The notes: generated from the letters alone by a model not told the origin. DNA of 64,000 nt from an uncultured Gammaproteobacteria bacterium (GCA_963773065.1 CAVYZN010000031.1:1-64000); one strand, 5' to 3'. Counted from the first letter of the stretch, positions 46,114-61,969 are shown. Program-made: numbers and translations.

Positions 46114-47466
46114 GTGGCCCCGAACACCGACACCATCGCCGCCATCGCGACCCCGCACGGCCGGGGCGGTATCGGCATCGTGCGCATCTCCGGACCGGAG
46201 GTACCGACCATCGCCCGGCAGTTGCTGGGGCGTCTGCCAAAGGCGCGTTATGCCGAATTGCACGACTTCCGTGATGCCGACGGGACACGGATCGACGCCG
46301 GCCTGGCGCTCTATTTCCCGGCGCCCGCCTCGTTCACCGGTGAGCATGTGCTGGAACTGCACGGCCATGGCGGCCCCGTGATCATGGATCTGCTGCTGCA
46401 GCGCGTGCTATCGCTAGGCGCGCGCTCGGCACGCCCTGGCGAATTCACCGAACGCGCATTCCTCAATGACAAGATGGATCTCGCCCAGGCCGAGGCCATC
46501 GCCGACCTCATCGACAGCGGCACGGCCCAGGCGGCGCGGGCGGCGGTGCGTTCCCTGCAAGGTATGTTTTCAGAGCGGATCCATGTTCTGCTGCAACAGC
46601 TCATCGCGCTGCGTTCCTGGGTCGAGGCCGCCATGGATTTTCCGGACGAGGAGATCGATCTGCTCTCCGATGAACGGCTCGGTGAACAGATCAGCGCATT
46701 GAGCCATGCCATCGATCGGGTACTGGAAGGCGCGCACCAGGGCCAGCTGCTGCACGACGGTATGACGCTGGTCATCGCCGGGCGGCCGAACGCCGGCAAG
46801 TCCAGCCTGCTAAATGCACTAGCGGGGCATGACGCCGCAATCGTAACCGACATACCCGGCACCACGCGCGATGTGCTGCGTGAGCACATCCAGATCGACG
46901 GCATGCCGCTGCACATTATTGATACCGCCGGACTGCACGAGAGCACTGATCCCGTGGAACAGGCGGGCATGCAACGGGCACGGCGCGCCATGGAAAGCGC
47001 CGATCGCGTCCTACTGGTGGTTGATGACCAGCAGGGTTACACCGCGGCCGATGCCGCCATCCTCAAGGAGCTGCCGGCCGGCATCCCCCATACTCGCATC
47101 CGCAGCAAGATCGATATTACCGGCCGTCCGCCCGGTATCAGCGGTATAGACGCTCCGGTGGAAATCGCGCTCTCGGCCCATACCGGCGGAGGGATGGACG
47201 ACTTGCGGCGCCATCTCAAGCACTGCGTCGGTTTCCAGGAAGAGGCCGAGGGCGGGTTCAGTGCGCGCCGCCGGCATCTCGATGCCCTGCGACGGGCACG
47301 CACCCATGTCGAGGAAGGAAAGCACCTGCTGCAGAAGCGCTACGCCGCGGAACTTCTGGCGGAGGAATTGCGCGATGCGCAGCAGGATCTCGACGAGATC
47401 ACCGGCGCCTTCACCAATGAGGACCTGCTGGACAGGATTTTCAGCAGCTTCTGCATAGGAAAATAG
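46114..47466 (+). CDS. mnmE: tRNA modification GTPase MnmE
   Basis: [26 protein letters not shown] and terminal FCIGK. Confidence 0.97.
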   Translation: MAPNTDTIAAIATPHGRGGIGIVRISGPEVPTIARQLLGRLPKARYAELHDFRDADGTRIDAGLALYFPAPASFTGEHVLELHGHGGPVIMDLLLQRVLSLGARSARPGEFTERAFLNDKMDLAQAEAIADLIDSGTAQAARAAVRSLQGMFSERIHVLLQQLIALRSWVEAAMDFPDEEIDLLSDERLGEQISALSHAIDRVLEGAHQGQLLHDGMTLVIAGRPNAGKSSLLNALAGHDAAIVTDIPGTTRDVLREHIQIDGMPLHIIDTAGLHESTDPVEQAGMQRARRAMESADRVLLVVDDQQGYTAADAAILKELPAGIPHTRIRSKIDITGRPPGISGIDAPVEIALSAHTGGGMDDLRRHLKHCVGFQEEAEGGFSARRRHLDALRRARTHVEEGKHLLQKRYAAELLAEELRDAQQDLDEITGAFTNEDLLDRIFSSFCIGK

Positions 47467-47477
47467 CCGGTTCGGAA

Positions 47478-47698
47478 TCGACGAAGCCGCATTATGCCGG
47501 GAATCCGCTGTCCCCGCCTTCGCCAGCTATCTTGAGGACCTGAATGCAGAGGACCGGGTCTCACTCTGGGTTCATGGCCATGTGCACGAGCCGTTCTATT
47601 ACGCGATATGTGGTACCCGGGTGTTCTGCAACTCGCGCGGTTATGCGCCGCATGCTCTGGTACCGGGATTCCGTCCATGAGCGCTGGTGGAGATTTAG
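47478..47698 (+). pseudogene. C-terminal remnant of a calcineurin-like metallophosphoesterase
   Basis: Manual translation gives ...LEDLNAEDRVSLWVHGHVHEPFYYAICGTRVFCNSRGY...GFRP*ALVEI*, resembling WxHGHxH...GTRVVCNPRGY. No N-terminus, internal stop. Confidence 0.65.
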
Positions 47699-48115
47699 AG
47701 AAACTGGGGACATTCATATTCAGCAGATTCGGCTTATTCATGCCGGCTGGAATAACGAAAAATCGGAATTTCCTTAATCAGTCATCCCCTGATATACCCA
47801 TGCAAAAGCCCGAAAAACCGCGATGTCCTGACTTTCTCGCAGTTCATCGTCATCCATCCAGCGTTGCATGACTGAACACACCGCGTGATTGATCTCGTTT
47901 GCATTCCTCTCCGGCACCCCGGCGGAGAAATGCAGACTAGAATTTAATGATCCGATGACGGTTGGGGCGACTGTCGTGCAGCCTGCGGTAAATCAGGGGT
48001 GTGATGGCTTGATAATATCAGTCAGGAGGCAGGCAACGTCGATGCCGCCTTACCCGTAAGAGATCGCGCCGCGAATCGGATCACATCCCTTCAACATTTG
48101 GCAAGGAGATATCAG

Positions 48116-48574
48116 ATGATCGAATCATTCGACAAAGGAGCCGTGGTGAGGCACCTCAACAAAATTCTCGAGCTGGAACTCGCCGGCTTGGTGCGCTACA
48201 CGCATTATGCCCTGATGGTCTATGGCTACAACCGTATTCCGATCGTTTCCTGGATGCAGGAACAGGCGGACGAGTCACTGGGACATGCCCGGGAGGCCGG
48301 GGAACTGGTTACCCAACTGGGCGAACACCCGTCGCTGGCCATCGGCCCCCTGCTGGAAACCCATAAACATGATATCGGTGACATCCTGCGCGAATCCCTG
48401 GAACATGAGCGCGCGGCGCTGGCGGTCTACAAAGAACTGTTGGCGGAGGTGGCAGGCAAATCGGTGCTGCTGGAAGAGTATGCACGCCGGCTGATCGCCG
48501 CGGAAGAGGTGCACCAGGGTAATGTGGACAAGATGCTGCGTCGCCCCGGTGATGTAGGTACTTACTCCGGTTGA
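48116..48574 (+). CDS. ferritin-like (bacterioferritin-related) four-helix-bundle protein
   Basis: LNKILELEL, DESLGHA, LEHE and EEVH carboxylate/His pattern. Confidence 0.8.
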   Translation: MIESFDKGAVVRHLNKILELELAGLVRYTHYALMVYGYNRIPIVSWMQEQADESLGHAREAGELVTQLGEHPSLAIGPLLETHKHDIGDILRESLEHERAALAVYKELLAEVAGKSVLLEEYARRLIAAEEVHQGNVDKMLRRPGDVGTYSG

Positions 48575-49043
48575 GGTGAAAGCGGGTATTTCCGGTACCT
48601 CGTCATGATAGCTGACAGCCTGAGTAATCTCCGCTCCGCCTGACGAGGGTCTCGAAGTGCTTGCAACACTGCCGGTCGCAACGCCTTCGTGCAGGCAATT
48701 TCATACCGGCGTACCCACACTGGCCAATTTTGTATTTGCATGAATTAATGGAAATAATTAAATTTAATCGTGTCGTCATGAAATATAAGGTACGATTAAA
48801 CTAACTCAATAACTCCCTTATAATCAATGAAAAAGATAAAGCGACCTGCATATTGTCAGGGAGTAAAAGCCACATGGCGTCGTGCGGTCGGAGGATAGGG
48901 GAGCCGTGCTCGTGCGGTGATCAGGCATGTATAACGGCTGTGATCTAACCGTCGCTGCCTGAGGGTGCAAACCTATCAACTTCAATATTAAGGAAAAATA
49001 ATTTTAATTGGGTTTATCTATAAACTTACGGTAAAAATCAGAT

Positions 49044-49742
49044 ATGACGACATCACCCCGATTTTCGCTACGTGAGCGGAAATTTGCGCGTACCCGGCTT
49101 GCGCTGGCCGAGGTCGTTACTCACCACCTCGAAAATGCCCCTCTGGAAGCGCTCTCGGTCAAGTCATTGTGCGAGCGGGCCCAGATTTCCGAGGCAACCT
49201 TCTTCAATTATTTCCCGAAGAAGGAAGCTATCGTGGTGTATCTGGACAAGCTCTGGTCGCTGGAGTTGAACTGGTACGGGCTACAGGTGGCGGGGCAGCA
49301 GAAAGGCCTGCCTGTCATTGAAGCCCTGTTTCGCTATGCAGCAATCCAAATTCAGAAAAAGCCGGGACTGATGGGAGAAATCATCGCATACCAAGCCAGG
49401 GAACGGACGCGTTCACCCCGGCCGGATATCACTCCGGCTGAACGCGCCATGGCCTTCCGCGACCTGACTGGTATTGCGGAAACCGATCAGGACAGTCTGG
49501 AAATGGTGCTCAGAAAGGCATTGCAGCAGGCAGTGGATCAGGGAGATTTACCGCAAAATACCTTGATAACGGCGGCCATGGTGGGTCTGGTCTCGATATT
49601 CTACGGTGTACCCCTGGCTATCCAGCATACGAACCCGGCAAATATCGGGCCTATGTATCGGCAACAACTTGCCTTGTTATGGGCTGGTCTACGCGCGGTC
49701 GCCACCGGAGCCGTACGCCAGTCAGATCAGGCGAGTAATTGA
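49044..49742 (+). CDS. TetR/AcrR family transcriptional regulator
   Basis: LRERK..TR and SVKSLCERAQISEATFFNYFPKKE HTH. Confidence 0.88.
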   Translation: MTTSPRFSLRERKFARTRLALAEVVTHHLENAPLEALSVKSLCERAQISEATFFNYFPKKEAIVVYLDKLWSLELNWYGLQVAGQQKGLPVIEALFRYAAIQIQKKPGLMGEIIAYQARERTRSPRPDITPAERAMAFRDLTGIAETDQDSLEMVLRKALQQAVDQGDLPQNTLITAAMVGLVSIFYGVPLAIQHTNPANIGPMYRQQLALLWAGLRAVATGAVRQSDQASN

Positions 49743-49748
49743 CCCCTC

Positions 49749-50339
49749 TTAACGGCGGGCCTTCTCGAGCGATTCTTTCCAGGCGCTGGCTAGTTGCGGC
49801 CACCACTCGGGCTGGACCTCCTGCCACCAGCGGTGGGCAATTCTCAGCAGCCAGGCGCCGATTACCGGCAGATCCTCGCGCCAGAACCGGATGGCGCGCG
49901 TTCTGAGTAGTATTTTCAGGGGCGGCTTATCGAGCGCCTCCAACAGGCGAGATTCACGCGAGCGGGCCGCAACCAGTTCCTGCTCCAGGCTATTTTCCAG
50001 GCGGTTCATGCGTTCCCGCAGCATATTTAAATCCCTGACTGTCGTCAGCTTCTCCGTCTTGCTTGACTGATCCTGCAGGCGTCTTTCCAGGAAACCGATG
50101 CGCTGTTGCAGCTGTTCGAGATCAATCGGTATGCGGCGCACTAGCTTGCGTATGGCGGTGCCCTGAATCGGATGGGCGTCGCTGCGGCCATTTAGGGATG
50201 TCGCCGTGGTACTTGGTATTGACTGGTCGGATGGGCTTGCCTGGGTGATAGGGGCGGGAGATTCGCGCTTTCGTGAACGCGCTTTCGAGCGTTGCGGTTT
50301 CGTACCCCCTTCGTCCTTGGTGAATTCAAGGAGTCTCAT
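49749..50339 (-). CDS. hypothetical coiled-coil protein
   Basis: 196-aa ORF with RBS-like AAGGGTGA upstream. Basic, low-complexity N-terminus, heptad-rich middle, Trp-rich C-terminus. Family not recognised. Confidence 0.6.
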   Translation of the reverse strand: MRLLEFTKDEGGTKPQRSKARSRKRESPAPITQASPSDQSIPSTTATSLNGRSDAHPIQGTAIRKLVRRIPIDLEQLQQRIGFLERRLQDQSSKTEKLTTVRDLNMLRERMNRLENSLEQELVAARSRESRLLEALDKPPLKILLRTRAIRFWREDLPVIGAWLLRIAHRWWQEVQPEWWPQLASAWKESLEKARR

Positions 50340-50512
50340 ATATCACCCTTATCTAGTATAGATAAACGTAGTCTAACACAATATATATGAATTATTGTAT
50401 CTAATTGCAGGGATCGGCACATGCATCGCCGCCTACCCGTACGCAACGGGCGCATTGCCCTGCTTTTGGCTCGCGGCGTAGTATTCCCTTCTATTTTTTC
50501 AGTTACAGAAAC

Positions 50513-52408
50513 ATGACCGTGTTGGACAGAACCTTTGATGTGATTGTCGTCGGCGGCGGTCATGCCGGAACCGAGGCCGCGCTCGCGGCCGCGCGCCTGG
50601 GCGTCCGCACCCTGCTGCTGACCCACAATGTCGAGACCCTCGGTCAGATGAGCTGCAACCCGGCCATTGGCGGTATCGGCAAAAGTCATCTGGTCAAGGA
50701 GATCGATGCGCTTGGCGGCCTGATGGCGCATGCCGCCGATCACGCCGGCATCCAGTTCCGCGTACTCAACGCCAGCAAGGGGCCGGCCGTACGTGCCACG
50801 CGGGCGCAGGCGGATCGCCTGTTATACAAACAGGCCGTGCGCCGTGCGCTGGAAAACCAGCCGAACCTGCATATTTTTCAGCAGGCGGTCGACGATCTGC
50901 TCCTCACTGGCGAGCGTGTCACCGGTGTCATCACACAGATGGGACTCAGGTTTCATGCCGCCGCCGTGGTCCTGACGGTGGGGACTTTCCTCGCGGGGCG
51001 CATCCATATCGGACCGAATAACCATGCGGGTGGCCGCGCGGGCGATCCTCCCGCCAACGCCCTGGCCGCCCGGCTGCGCGAATTGCCCCTGCGGGTGGGT
51101 CGCCTGAAGACCGGTACACCGCCGCGCCTCGACGGCCGTACCATCGACTACAGCCGTTTATCGGAACAGCGGGGCGACGAGCCGGTGCCGGTGATGTCAT
51201 ACCTTGGCTCACCGGGTGATCACCCGCGCCAGGTTTCCTGCCATCTCACCCACACCAATGAACGCACCCATGACATCATCCGGGACGGCCTCTCGGAGTC
51301 ACCGATGTATTCGGGCGCCATACAGGGGACGGGACCGCGTTACTGCCCCTCGATCGAAGACAAGGTGGTGCGCTTCGCCGACAAGACGTCGCATCAAATC
51401 TTCGTGGAACCGGAAGGACTGAATACGCACGAGATCTATCCCAACGGCATCTCCACCAGCCTGTCCTATGCGGTGCAGGAGGCCCTGGTGCGATCCATTG
51501 CCGGGTTTGAATGCGCACACATCACCCGCCCGGGCTATGCCATCGAATACGACTTCTTCGATCCACGCGATTTGCAGGGATCCCTGGAGACCAAGGTGAT
51601 CGAGGGACTCTTCTTTGCGGGCCAGATCAACGGCACGACCGGCTATGAAGAGGCGGCCGCACAGGGCCTGATGGCCGGATTGAACGCGGCGCGCAAGGTA
51701 CAGGGCAATCCACCGTGGACCCCACGGCGCGATGAGGCCTACATCGGGGTATTGATCGACGACCTGATCACACGCGGAACCAGCGAGCCGTACCGGATGT
51801 TCACCAGCCGCGCCGAATACCGCTTGCTGCTGCGCGAGGACAACGCCGATCTGCGGCTCACGCCACGCGGGCGGGAGCTGGGTCTGGTTGATGCACACCG
51901 CTGGCGGATCTTCAGTGAAAAGCATGCCGCGATCGTCAATGAGCAGCAGCGTTTGCAAATGCTGCTGCTGCGTCCCGACAGCGGGCCGGGCGCAGCCCTC
52001 TCCGTCCTGCTGGAGAAGCCGCTCGCGCGCGAGCAGCGGGCGCATGAACTGTTGCGACGCCCTGACGTTTGCTATGCCGACCTGATGGCCGTTGCCGGCA
52101 TCGGTCCAGGTGTGGCGGATGCACAGGTAGCCGAGCAGGTCGAGATCCAGGCCAGGTATTCCGGCTACCTCGAGCGCCAGCAGGCGGAGATCAACCGGCA
52201 GCATCGCCAACAGGAACAAGCCCTGCCGGCGGATTTCGATTACAATGCGGTCCGGGGGCTTTCCAACGAGGTATGCGAAAAATTGCTTGCGGTGCGTCCG
52301 CAGACCATCGGACAGGCGTCACGAATTCCGGGCATCACACCCGCGGCCGTGTCACTGTTGCTGATACACCTCAGGAGATGGGACCGCGCCGAACGCCACA
52401 TCACCTGA
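50513..52408 (+). CDS. mnmG: tRNA uridine-5-carboxymethylaminomethyl synthesis enzyme MnmG (GidA)
   Basis: [30 protein letters not shown] and [16 protein letters not shown]. Confidence 0.98.
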   Translation: MTVLDRTFDVIVVGGGHAGTEAALAAARLGVRTLLLTHNVETLGQMSCNPAIGGIGKSHLVKEIDALGGLMAHAADHAGIQFRVLNASKGPAVRATRAQADRLLYKQAVRRALENQPNLHIFQQAVDDLLLTGERVTGVITQMGLRFHAAAVVLTVGTFLAGRIHIGPNNHAGGRAGDPPANALAARLRELPLRVGRLKTGTPPRLDGRTIDYSRLSEQRGDEPVPVMSYLGSPGDHPRQVSCHLTHTNERTHDIIRDGLSESPMYSGAIQGTGPRYCPSIEDKVVRFADKTSHQIFVEPEGLNTHEIYPNGISTSLSYAVQEALVRSIAGFECAHITRPGYAIEYDFFDPRDLQGSLETKVIEGLFFAGQINGTTGYEEAAAQGLMAGLNAARKVQGNPPWTPRRDEAYIGVLIDDLITRGTSEPYRMFTSRAEYRLLLREDNADLRLTPRGRELGLVDAHRWRIFSEKHAAIVNEQQRLQMLLLRPDSGPGAALSVLLEKPLAREQRAHELLRRPDVCYADLMAVAGIGPGVADAQVAEQVEIQARYSGYLERQQAEINRQHRQQEQALPADFDYNAVRGLSNEVCEKLLAVRPQTIGQASRIPGITPAAVSLLLIHLRRWDRAERHIT

Positions 52409-52421
52409 TGCGATCGAGTTC

Positions 52422-53105
52422 ATGACAGAGATGCATACCCGCGGATACACCGGCAAGGGACAACAGGGAAAATTCCTGCAACCGGAAGAGTTGCTCGATG
52501 ATGGCATCTACGAACTCGGGCTGGAAGAACGCTTGGCCGGGGACGAGCGGTTGATGGAGTTCATCACCGAATTGATGAACTGGAACCGCATATATAACTT
52601 GACGTCGGTGCGCAAACCGACCGAGATCGTCACCCGGCATATACTCGACAGCCTGTCCATCCTCCCCTATCTCGAGGGCGAGCGAGTGCTGGATATCGGG
52701 ACTGGCGCGGGACTGCCGGGCATCCCGCTGGCGATCGCCTGCCCGGAACGGGAATTCGTCCTGCTGGACAGCAGCGGCAAGAAACTGCGCTTCGTGCAGC
52801 AGACCCTGGCCATACTGAAACTGGACAATGTCCTGCTTGAACACACGCGCATCGAGGATTACCACCCGCAGGAGCGTTTCAGCAGCGTTATCTGCCGCGC
52901 GTTCTCGGAGCTGCGTGAAGTTTACCGGTATGCGGCACACCTGTGCGCCAGCGAGGGACGGATACTGGCCATGAAGGGTGTCTATCCGATAGCCGAGATC
53001 GAAGGACTGGACAACAGGGCAGTGATCGACAAGGTGGTCTCCCTGAGTGTTCCGGGACTCGATGCGGAGCGCCACCTGGTGTGCATGCATGCCGCGGCGC
53101 GTTAG
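52422..53105 (+). CDS. rsmG: 16S rRNA m7G527 methyltransferase (GidB)
   Basis: WNRIYNLT, HILDSL and DIGTGAGLPG. Confidence 0.95.
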   Translation: MTEMHTRGYTGKGQQGKFLQPEELLDDGIYELGLEERLAGDERLMEFITELMNWNRIYNLTSVRKPTEIVTRHILDSLSILPYLEGERVLDIGTGAGLPGIPLAIACPEREFVLLDSSGKKLRFVQQTLAILKLDNVLLEHTRIEDYHPQERFSSVICRAFSELREVYRYAAHLCASEGRILAMKGVYPIAEIEGLDNRAVIDKVVSLSVPGLDAERHLVCMHAAAR

Positions 53106-53129
53106 CGGTCAACGGCTTACAGAGGCAGC

Positions 53130-53966
53130 ATGGGAAAAATACTGGCAGTAACCAATCAAAAAGGCGGCGTCGGCAAGACCACCACCAGTGTGAATTTTGC
53201 CGCCTCCCTATCCCAGACCGGGCGGCGTGTCCTGCTGGTCGATCTGGATGCGCAGGGCAATGCCACGATGGGCAGCGGCTGCGACAAGCATGCCGCAATC
53301 AAGACCGGTTACGACCTGTTGCTTGGCCATGCGGCCATTCGCGATATCATCGTCTATGCAGCGGAGGCCGGCTACGACCTGCTGCCGGGCAATGGCGACC
53401 TGACGGCCGCCGAGGTCGAGCTGCTGGCCCGGGATGACCGGGAACGCCGGCTGCGTTCTGCGCTCACCTATGTGCAGAACGAGTACGACGTCATCATCAT
53501 CGACTGCCCCCCCTCCCTGAGCATGCTGACCATCAACGCGCTGGCCGCCGCGCACAGCGTCATCATCCCGATACAGTGCGAATACTATGCATTGGAAGGG
53601 TTGTCCGCGCTGCTGGAGACAGTCGAACAGGTGCGCGTCAGCGTCAATCCCGAACTGGAAATCGAGGGACTGCTGCGCACCATGTACGACGCGCGCAACA
53701 ATCTCGCCAATGACGTCTCGGCGCAGTTGCAGCAGCACTTCGGAGACAAGGTGTACCGCACGATCATCCCACGCAACGTGCGGCTCGCCGAGGCCCCCAG
53801 TCACGGTCTGCCGGTGCTGCGCTATGATAGTACCTCGCGCGGGGCGGCTGCCTATCTGGCGCTGGCCGGCGAGTACCTGCGCCGAAATCAGGCGACGGAA
53901 TCTTCGCTGCCGGTACTGCAGACTCCCGAACCCGAACGAACCGGAACAGAACCGACACATTTCTGA
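53130..53966 (+). CDS. parA: chromosome partitioning ATPase ParA/Soj
   Basis: NQKGGVGKTT, IDCPPSL, QCEYYALEG and IPRNVRLAEAPS. Confidence 0.96.
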   Translation: MGKILAVTNQKGGVGKTTTSVNFAASLSQTGRRVLLVDLDAQGNATMGSGCDKHAAIKTGYDLLLGHAAIRDIIVYAAEAGYDLLPGNGDLTAAEVELLARDDRERRLRSALTYVQNEYDVIIIDCPPSLSMLTINALAAAHSVIIPIQCEYYALEGLSALLETVEQVRVSVNPELEIEGLLRTMYDARNNLANDVSAQLQQHFGDKVYRTIIPRNVRLAEAPSHGLPVLRYDSTSRGAAAYLALAGEYLRRNQATESSLPVLQTPEPERTGTEPTHF

Positions 53967-53993
53967 TCGCTGCAAACACCAACGGTAGACATC

Positions 53994-54926
53994 ATGGCAT
54001 CAAAAAAGCGCGGACTTGGCCGTGGACTGGACGCATTGCTGGGACCGTCGGTACGCGCCCCACAGCCTGAAAGCACACTGGAGCACGCCCCGGGACCCCG
54101 GGCGGTGGTAGCCGTGGCTACACCCGCCGCCGACACCCGCGATGTCGACGGAGCCCTGCGCACCCTGCCCGTTGATGTCATCCAGCGCGGCCGCTACCAG
54201 CCGCGCGTCGACATGCACCCCGAATCCCTGCAGGACCTGGCCGATTCCATCAGCGAGCAGGGCGTGGTGCAACCGATCGTGGTGCGCGGCATCGGCGACG
54301 GGCGTTACGAGATCATCGCCGGTGAACGCCGCTGGCGCGCCGCACAGCTTGCCGGACTGCACGAGATACCGGCGGTTATTCGCGATGTCGATGATCGCGC
54401 CGCCATCGCCATCGCGCTGATTGAAAATATCCAGCGGGAAAACCTCAACCCCCTGGAAGAGGCGCGTGCCCTGAAACGTCTGATCGACGAGTTTGACATG
54501 ACCCACGAACAGGCCGCCCAGGCCGTGGGGCGTTCGCGGGTGGCCGTGTCCAACCTCTTGCGGCTGCTGGATCTCGATGACGCGGTCAAGGGCATGGTCG
54601 AGCGCGGCGAGCTGGAGATGGGGCATGCGCGTGCCCTACTGGCATTGAACGGCGTCCAGCAGGTGGAGGCCGCGCGCCAAGTCATCGCCAGGGGGCTCAC
54701 GGTACGCGCCACCGAACGCCTGGTGCAGGAGTTGCAGCGGTCCCACGGCCATCGCCCGTCGGCTTCTCCATCGAGGGATCCGGATATCCAGCGTTTGGAA
54801 GCCAGATTGTCGGATCGGCTGGGCGCCAGCGTGCTGATCCATCACGGCGCCGGAGGCAAGGGCCGGCTGGAGATTCGCTATAACAGCCTGGATGAGCTGG
54901 ACGGGATCCTCGAGCATATAAAATAG
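53994..54926 (+). CDS. parB: chromosome partitioning protein ParB/Spo0J
   Basis: GLGRGLDALL, AGERRWRA, ENIQRENL and HTH. Confidence 0.96.
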   Translation: MASKKRGLGRGLDALLGPSVRAPQPESTLEHAPGPRAVVAVATPAADTRDVDGALRTLPVDVIQRGRYQPRVDMHPESLQDLADSISEQGVVQPIVVRGIGDGRYEIIAGERRWRAAQLAGLHEIPAVIRDVDDRAAIAIALIENIQRENLNPLEEARALKRLIDEFDMTHEQAAQAVGRSRVAVSNLLRLLDLDDAVKGMVERGELEMGHARALLALNGVQQVEAARQVIARGLTVRATERLVQELQRSHGHRPSASPSRDPDIQRLEARLSDRLGASVLIHHGAGGKGRLEIRYNSLDELDGILEHIK

Positions 54927-54945
54927 CCTGGTTCACCAGGCTTTA

Positions 54946-54975
54946 TTGACCCCTCGCATCAGGCGTCTTTATAAT
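54946..54975 (+). promoter_or_regulatory. sigma70-type promoter of the atp operon
   Basis: TTGACC-N18-TATAAT, immediately after the hairpin AGCCTGG-TTCA-CCAGGCT that follows parB. Confidence 0.6.
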
Positions 54976-55084
54976 CCCCCGCTGCCCATGGGCCGGTGGA
55001 TGCCATCAAGATCGCGGGTGGCGCCGGTAGTTTGGCGACGGACAAAATGTAACTAACTGAGTTTACGACGGATTACCTGGGTCT

Positions 55085-56295
<1,211 letters not shown>

Positions 56296-56327
56296 GATTT
56301 CATATTTTTGAACAGCAAGTTACTTAG

Positions 56328-56573
<246 letters not shown>

Positions 56574-56609
56574 CGGCATTTCATTGTTCAAGCCAGCAGA
56601 GGTTCTGAC

Positions 56610-57081
56610 ATGAATATCAATGCCACCCTGATTGGTCAGGCGATCGCCTTTTTCCTGTTCGTCATGTTCTGCATGAAATACGTGTGGCCGCCCATCATGC
56701 ACGCCCTGCAGGAGCGGAAGAAGAAAATTGCCGACGGTCTGGCGGCGGCCGAACGCGGCAAGCACGAGAAGCATCTGGCCGAGGAGCGTGCCAAGGAAAT
56801 ACTCCGTGATAGCCAAGGAACAGGCCGGTGAGATTATCAAACGGGCGGAGAAGCGCGCGAATGAAATCATCGACGAAGCCAAGGGCGATGCCCGGGAAGA
56901 AGGCGGCCGCCTGCTGACGGCGGCGCGCGCCGAGATCAACCAGGAGATCAATCGGGCCAAGGAAGAACTGCGCGCACAGGTGGTCACCCTGGCAGTGCTG
57001 GGCGCCGGCAAGGTGCTGGAGCGTGAAGTGGACGAGACGGTGCATGCCGAACTGCTCGCCAAACTGGCCGCAGAGATCTAG
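56610..57081 (+). CDS. atpF: F0 ATP synthase subunit b (frameshift near 56805)
   Basis: [19 protein letters not shown]; continuation in a second frame ends LAKLAAEI. Confidence 0.93.
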
Positions 57082-57092
57082 GAAGCGCCACC

Positions 57093-57629
57093 ATGGCTGA
57101 AATACTCACCATCGCGCGTCCCTACGCCCAGGCGGCGTTTCTGTTCGCCGACTCGCATCAGGCCCTGAAGGCGTGGTCCGGCATGCTGGAGTTCCTCGCG
57201 ATCGTCGCCGCCGATCCGGAAATGACCGCCCTGATTGAAAATCCGCGCATGACGGAGGCACAGCTCGCCGAGCTTTTCATCGGCATCGGCGCCGACCGGC
57301 TCGATGACAACTGCCACAATTTCATCCGCCTGCTGGCGGAGAACCGGCGCCTGAAACTGCTGCCGGAGATCGCGGCCCTGTTCGAGATCCAGCGCCGTGA
57401 AGCCGAGAAGTCCATCAGCGCCGAACTGATCACGGCGTTTCCCGCCACCGCAGCGCAGCAGGCGGCGGTCATGGCCGCGCTGAAACAGCGCCTGGGGCGC
57501 GACATCGAACTCGAATGTACAACGGATGCAGCGCTGCTGGGCGGCGCCATCATCCGGGCCGGTGACCTGGTTATCGACGGCTCGGTACGCGGCAAGCTCG
57601 AACGCTTGGGCAATACACTGAGCCATTAA
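57093..57629 (+). CDS. atpH: F1 ATP synthase subunit delta
   Basis: TIARPYA, LAENRRL and [10 protein letters not shown]. Confidence 0.96.
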   Translation: MAEILTIARPYAQAAFLFADSHQALKAWSGMLEFLAIVAADPEMTALIENPRMTEAQLAELFIGIGADRLDDNCHNFIRLLAENRRLKLLPEIAALFEIQRREAEKSISAELITAFPATAAQQAAVMAALKQRLGRDIELECTTDAALLGGAIIRAGDLVIDGSVRGKLERLGNTLSH

Positions 57630-57643
57630 GAGGAATACACGCT

Positions 57644-59186
<1,543 letters not shown>

Positions 59187-59219
59187 CAGTTACCGGAACG
59201 AAAACAGAAAGGTCTAGCC

Positions 59220-60080
59220 ATGTCCGGCGCGAAGGAAATACGCACCAAGATCGCCAGTATCAAGAATACGCAGAAGATCACCAAGGCCATGCAAATGGTG
59301 GCGGCGAGCAAGATGCGCAGGGCGCAGGAGCGCATGCGTTCCACACGGCCCTATGCCGAGAAGATCCAGAACGTCATCTCGCATCTGGCGCATGCGCATC
59401 CCGAGTATCACCATCCTTTTCTGGCCGAGCGGGATGCCAGGCGTGTCGGGGTGATCATCATTTCCACGGACCGTGGTCTGTGCGGCGGCCTGAACATCAA
59501 CCTGTTCAAGCAGGTGATAACGGCCATGAAACACTGGCACACCGAGGGCATCGAGATCGACCTGACGCTGATCGGCAGCAAGAGCAACGCCTTTTTCAAG
59601 CGCCTCGGCGGGAACGTGGTCGCCACGGCCGTCAGTCTGGGTGATGCGCCGTCGATCATCGAGCTGATCGGGACCGTCAAGGTGATGCTGGATGCCTATG
59701 CGGAGGCGCGCATCGACCGCCTCTACGTGGCCTACAACAAGTTCATCAACACCATGTCCCAGCAGCCGATACTGGAGCAACTGATGCCGGTACAGGGCAG
59801 CGAGGACAAGGCGCTTGAATCACACTGGGACTATATCTACGAGCCGGATTCCAAGCCGGTGATGGATGCGCTGATGATTCGCTATATCGAGTCGCTGGTC
59901 TACCAGGGCGTGGTGGAAAACCTCGCCTGCGAGCAGGCGGCGCGCATGGTCGCCATGAAGTCGGCAACGGATAATGCGGGCAACCTGATCGACGAGCTGC
60001 AGCTGGTCTACAACAAGGCGCGGCAGGCCGCCATTACCCAGGAGATCTCCGAGATAGTCGGCGGCGCGGCCGCGGTCTGA
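59220..60080 (+). CDS. atpG: F1 ATP synthase subunit gamma
   Basis: [20 protein letters not shown] and [15 protein letters not shown]. Confidence 0.97.
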   Translation: MSGAKEIRTKIASIKNTQKITKAMQMVAASKMRRAQERMRSTRPYAEKIQNVISHLAHAHPEYHHPFLAERDARRVGVIIISTDRGLCGGLNINLFKQVITAMKHWHTEGIEIDLTLIGSKSNAFFKRLGGNVVATAVSLGDAPSIIELIGTVKVMLDAYAEARIDRLYVAYNKFINTMSQQPILEQLMPVQGSEDKALESHWDYIYEPDSKPVMDALMIRYIESLVYQGVVENLACEQAARMVAMKSATDNAGNLIDELQLVYNKARQAAITQEISEIVGGAAAV

Positions 60081-60086
60081 TTGCAG

Positions 60087-61517
<1,431 letters not shown>

Positions 61518-61529
61518 CGGATACCGACA

Positions 61530-61949
61530 ATGGCAATGACCCTGCATGTTGACATCGTCAGCGCCGAAGCCGAAATCTTTTCGGGCACGGTGACGATGGT
61601 CTTCGCACCGGCGGAAATGGGCGAGGTCGGCATCGCGCCGCGCCATGCGCCGCTGCTGACACGGCTCAAGCCCGGCGAGGTGCGGGTGCAGCTAACCGAT
61701 GGTAGCGAGCAGTCCTTCTTCGTGTCCGGCGGCATGCTGGAGGTCCAGCCCCATGTGGTGACGGTGCTGGCGGACACCGCCATACGCGCCCATGATCTCG
61801 ACGAAGCGGCCGCCGTTCAGGCCAAGGAGCGCGCCGAGCGCATGCTGGCCGACAAGCACGCCGACATCGATTATGCCAAAGCGCAGGCCGAACTGGCACA
61901 GTCCATTGCACAGCTGCGCGCCATCCAGAAGCTGCGCCACAAGCGCTAG
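61530..61949 (+). CDS. atpC: F1 ATP synthase subunit epsilon
   Basis: [17 protein letters not shown] and SGGMLEVQP. Confidence 0.96.
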   Translation: MAMTLHVDIVSAEAEIFSGTVTMVFAPAEMGEVGIAPRHAPLLTRLKPGEVRVQLTDGSEQSFFVSGGMLEVQPHVVTVLADTAIRAHDLDEAAAVQAKERAERMLADKHADIDYAKAQAELAQSIAQLRAIQKLRHKR

Positions 61950-61969
61950 CCCGGTTTCGAATTTTCGCC

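Noticed and set aside
48005-48030. GATAATATCAGTC as a Fur box upstream of the ferritin-like gene
   Set aside because: Only a partial match to the 19-bp consensus.
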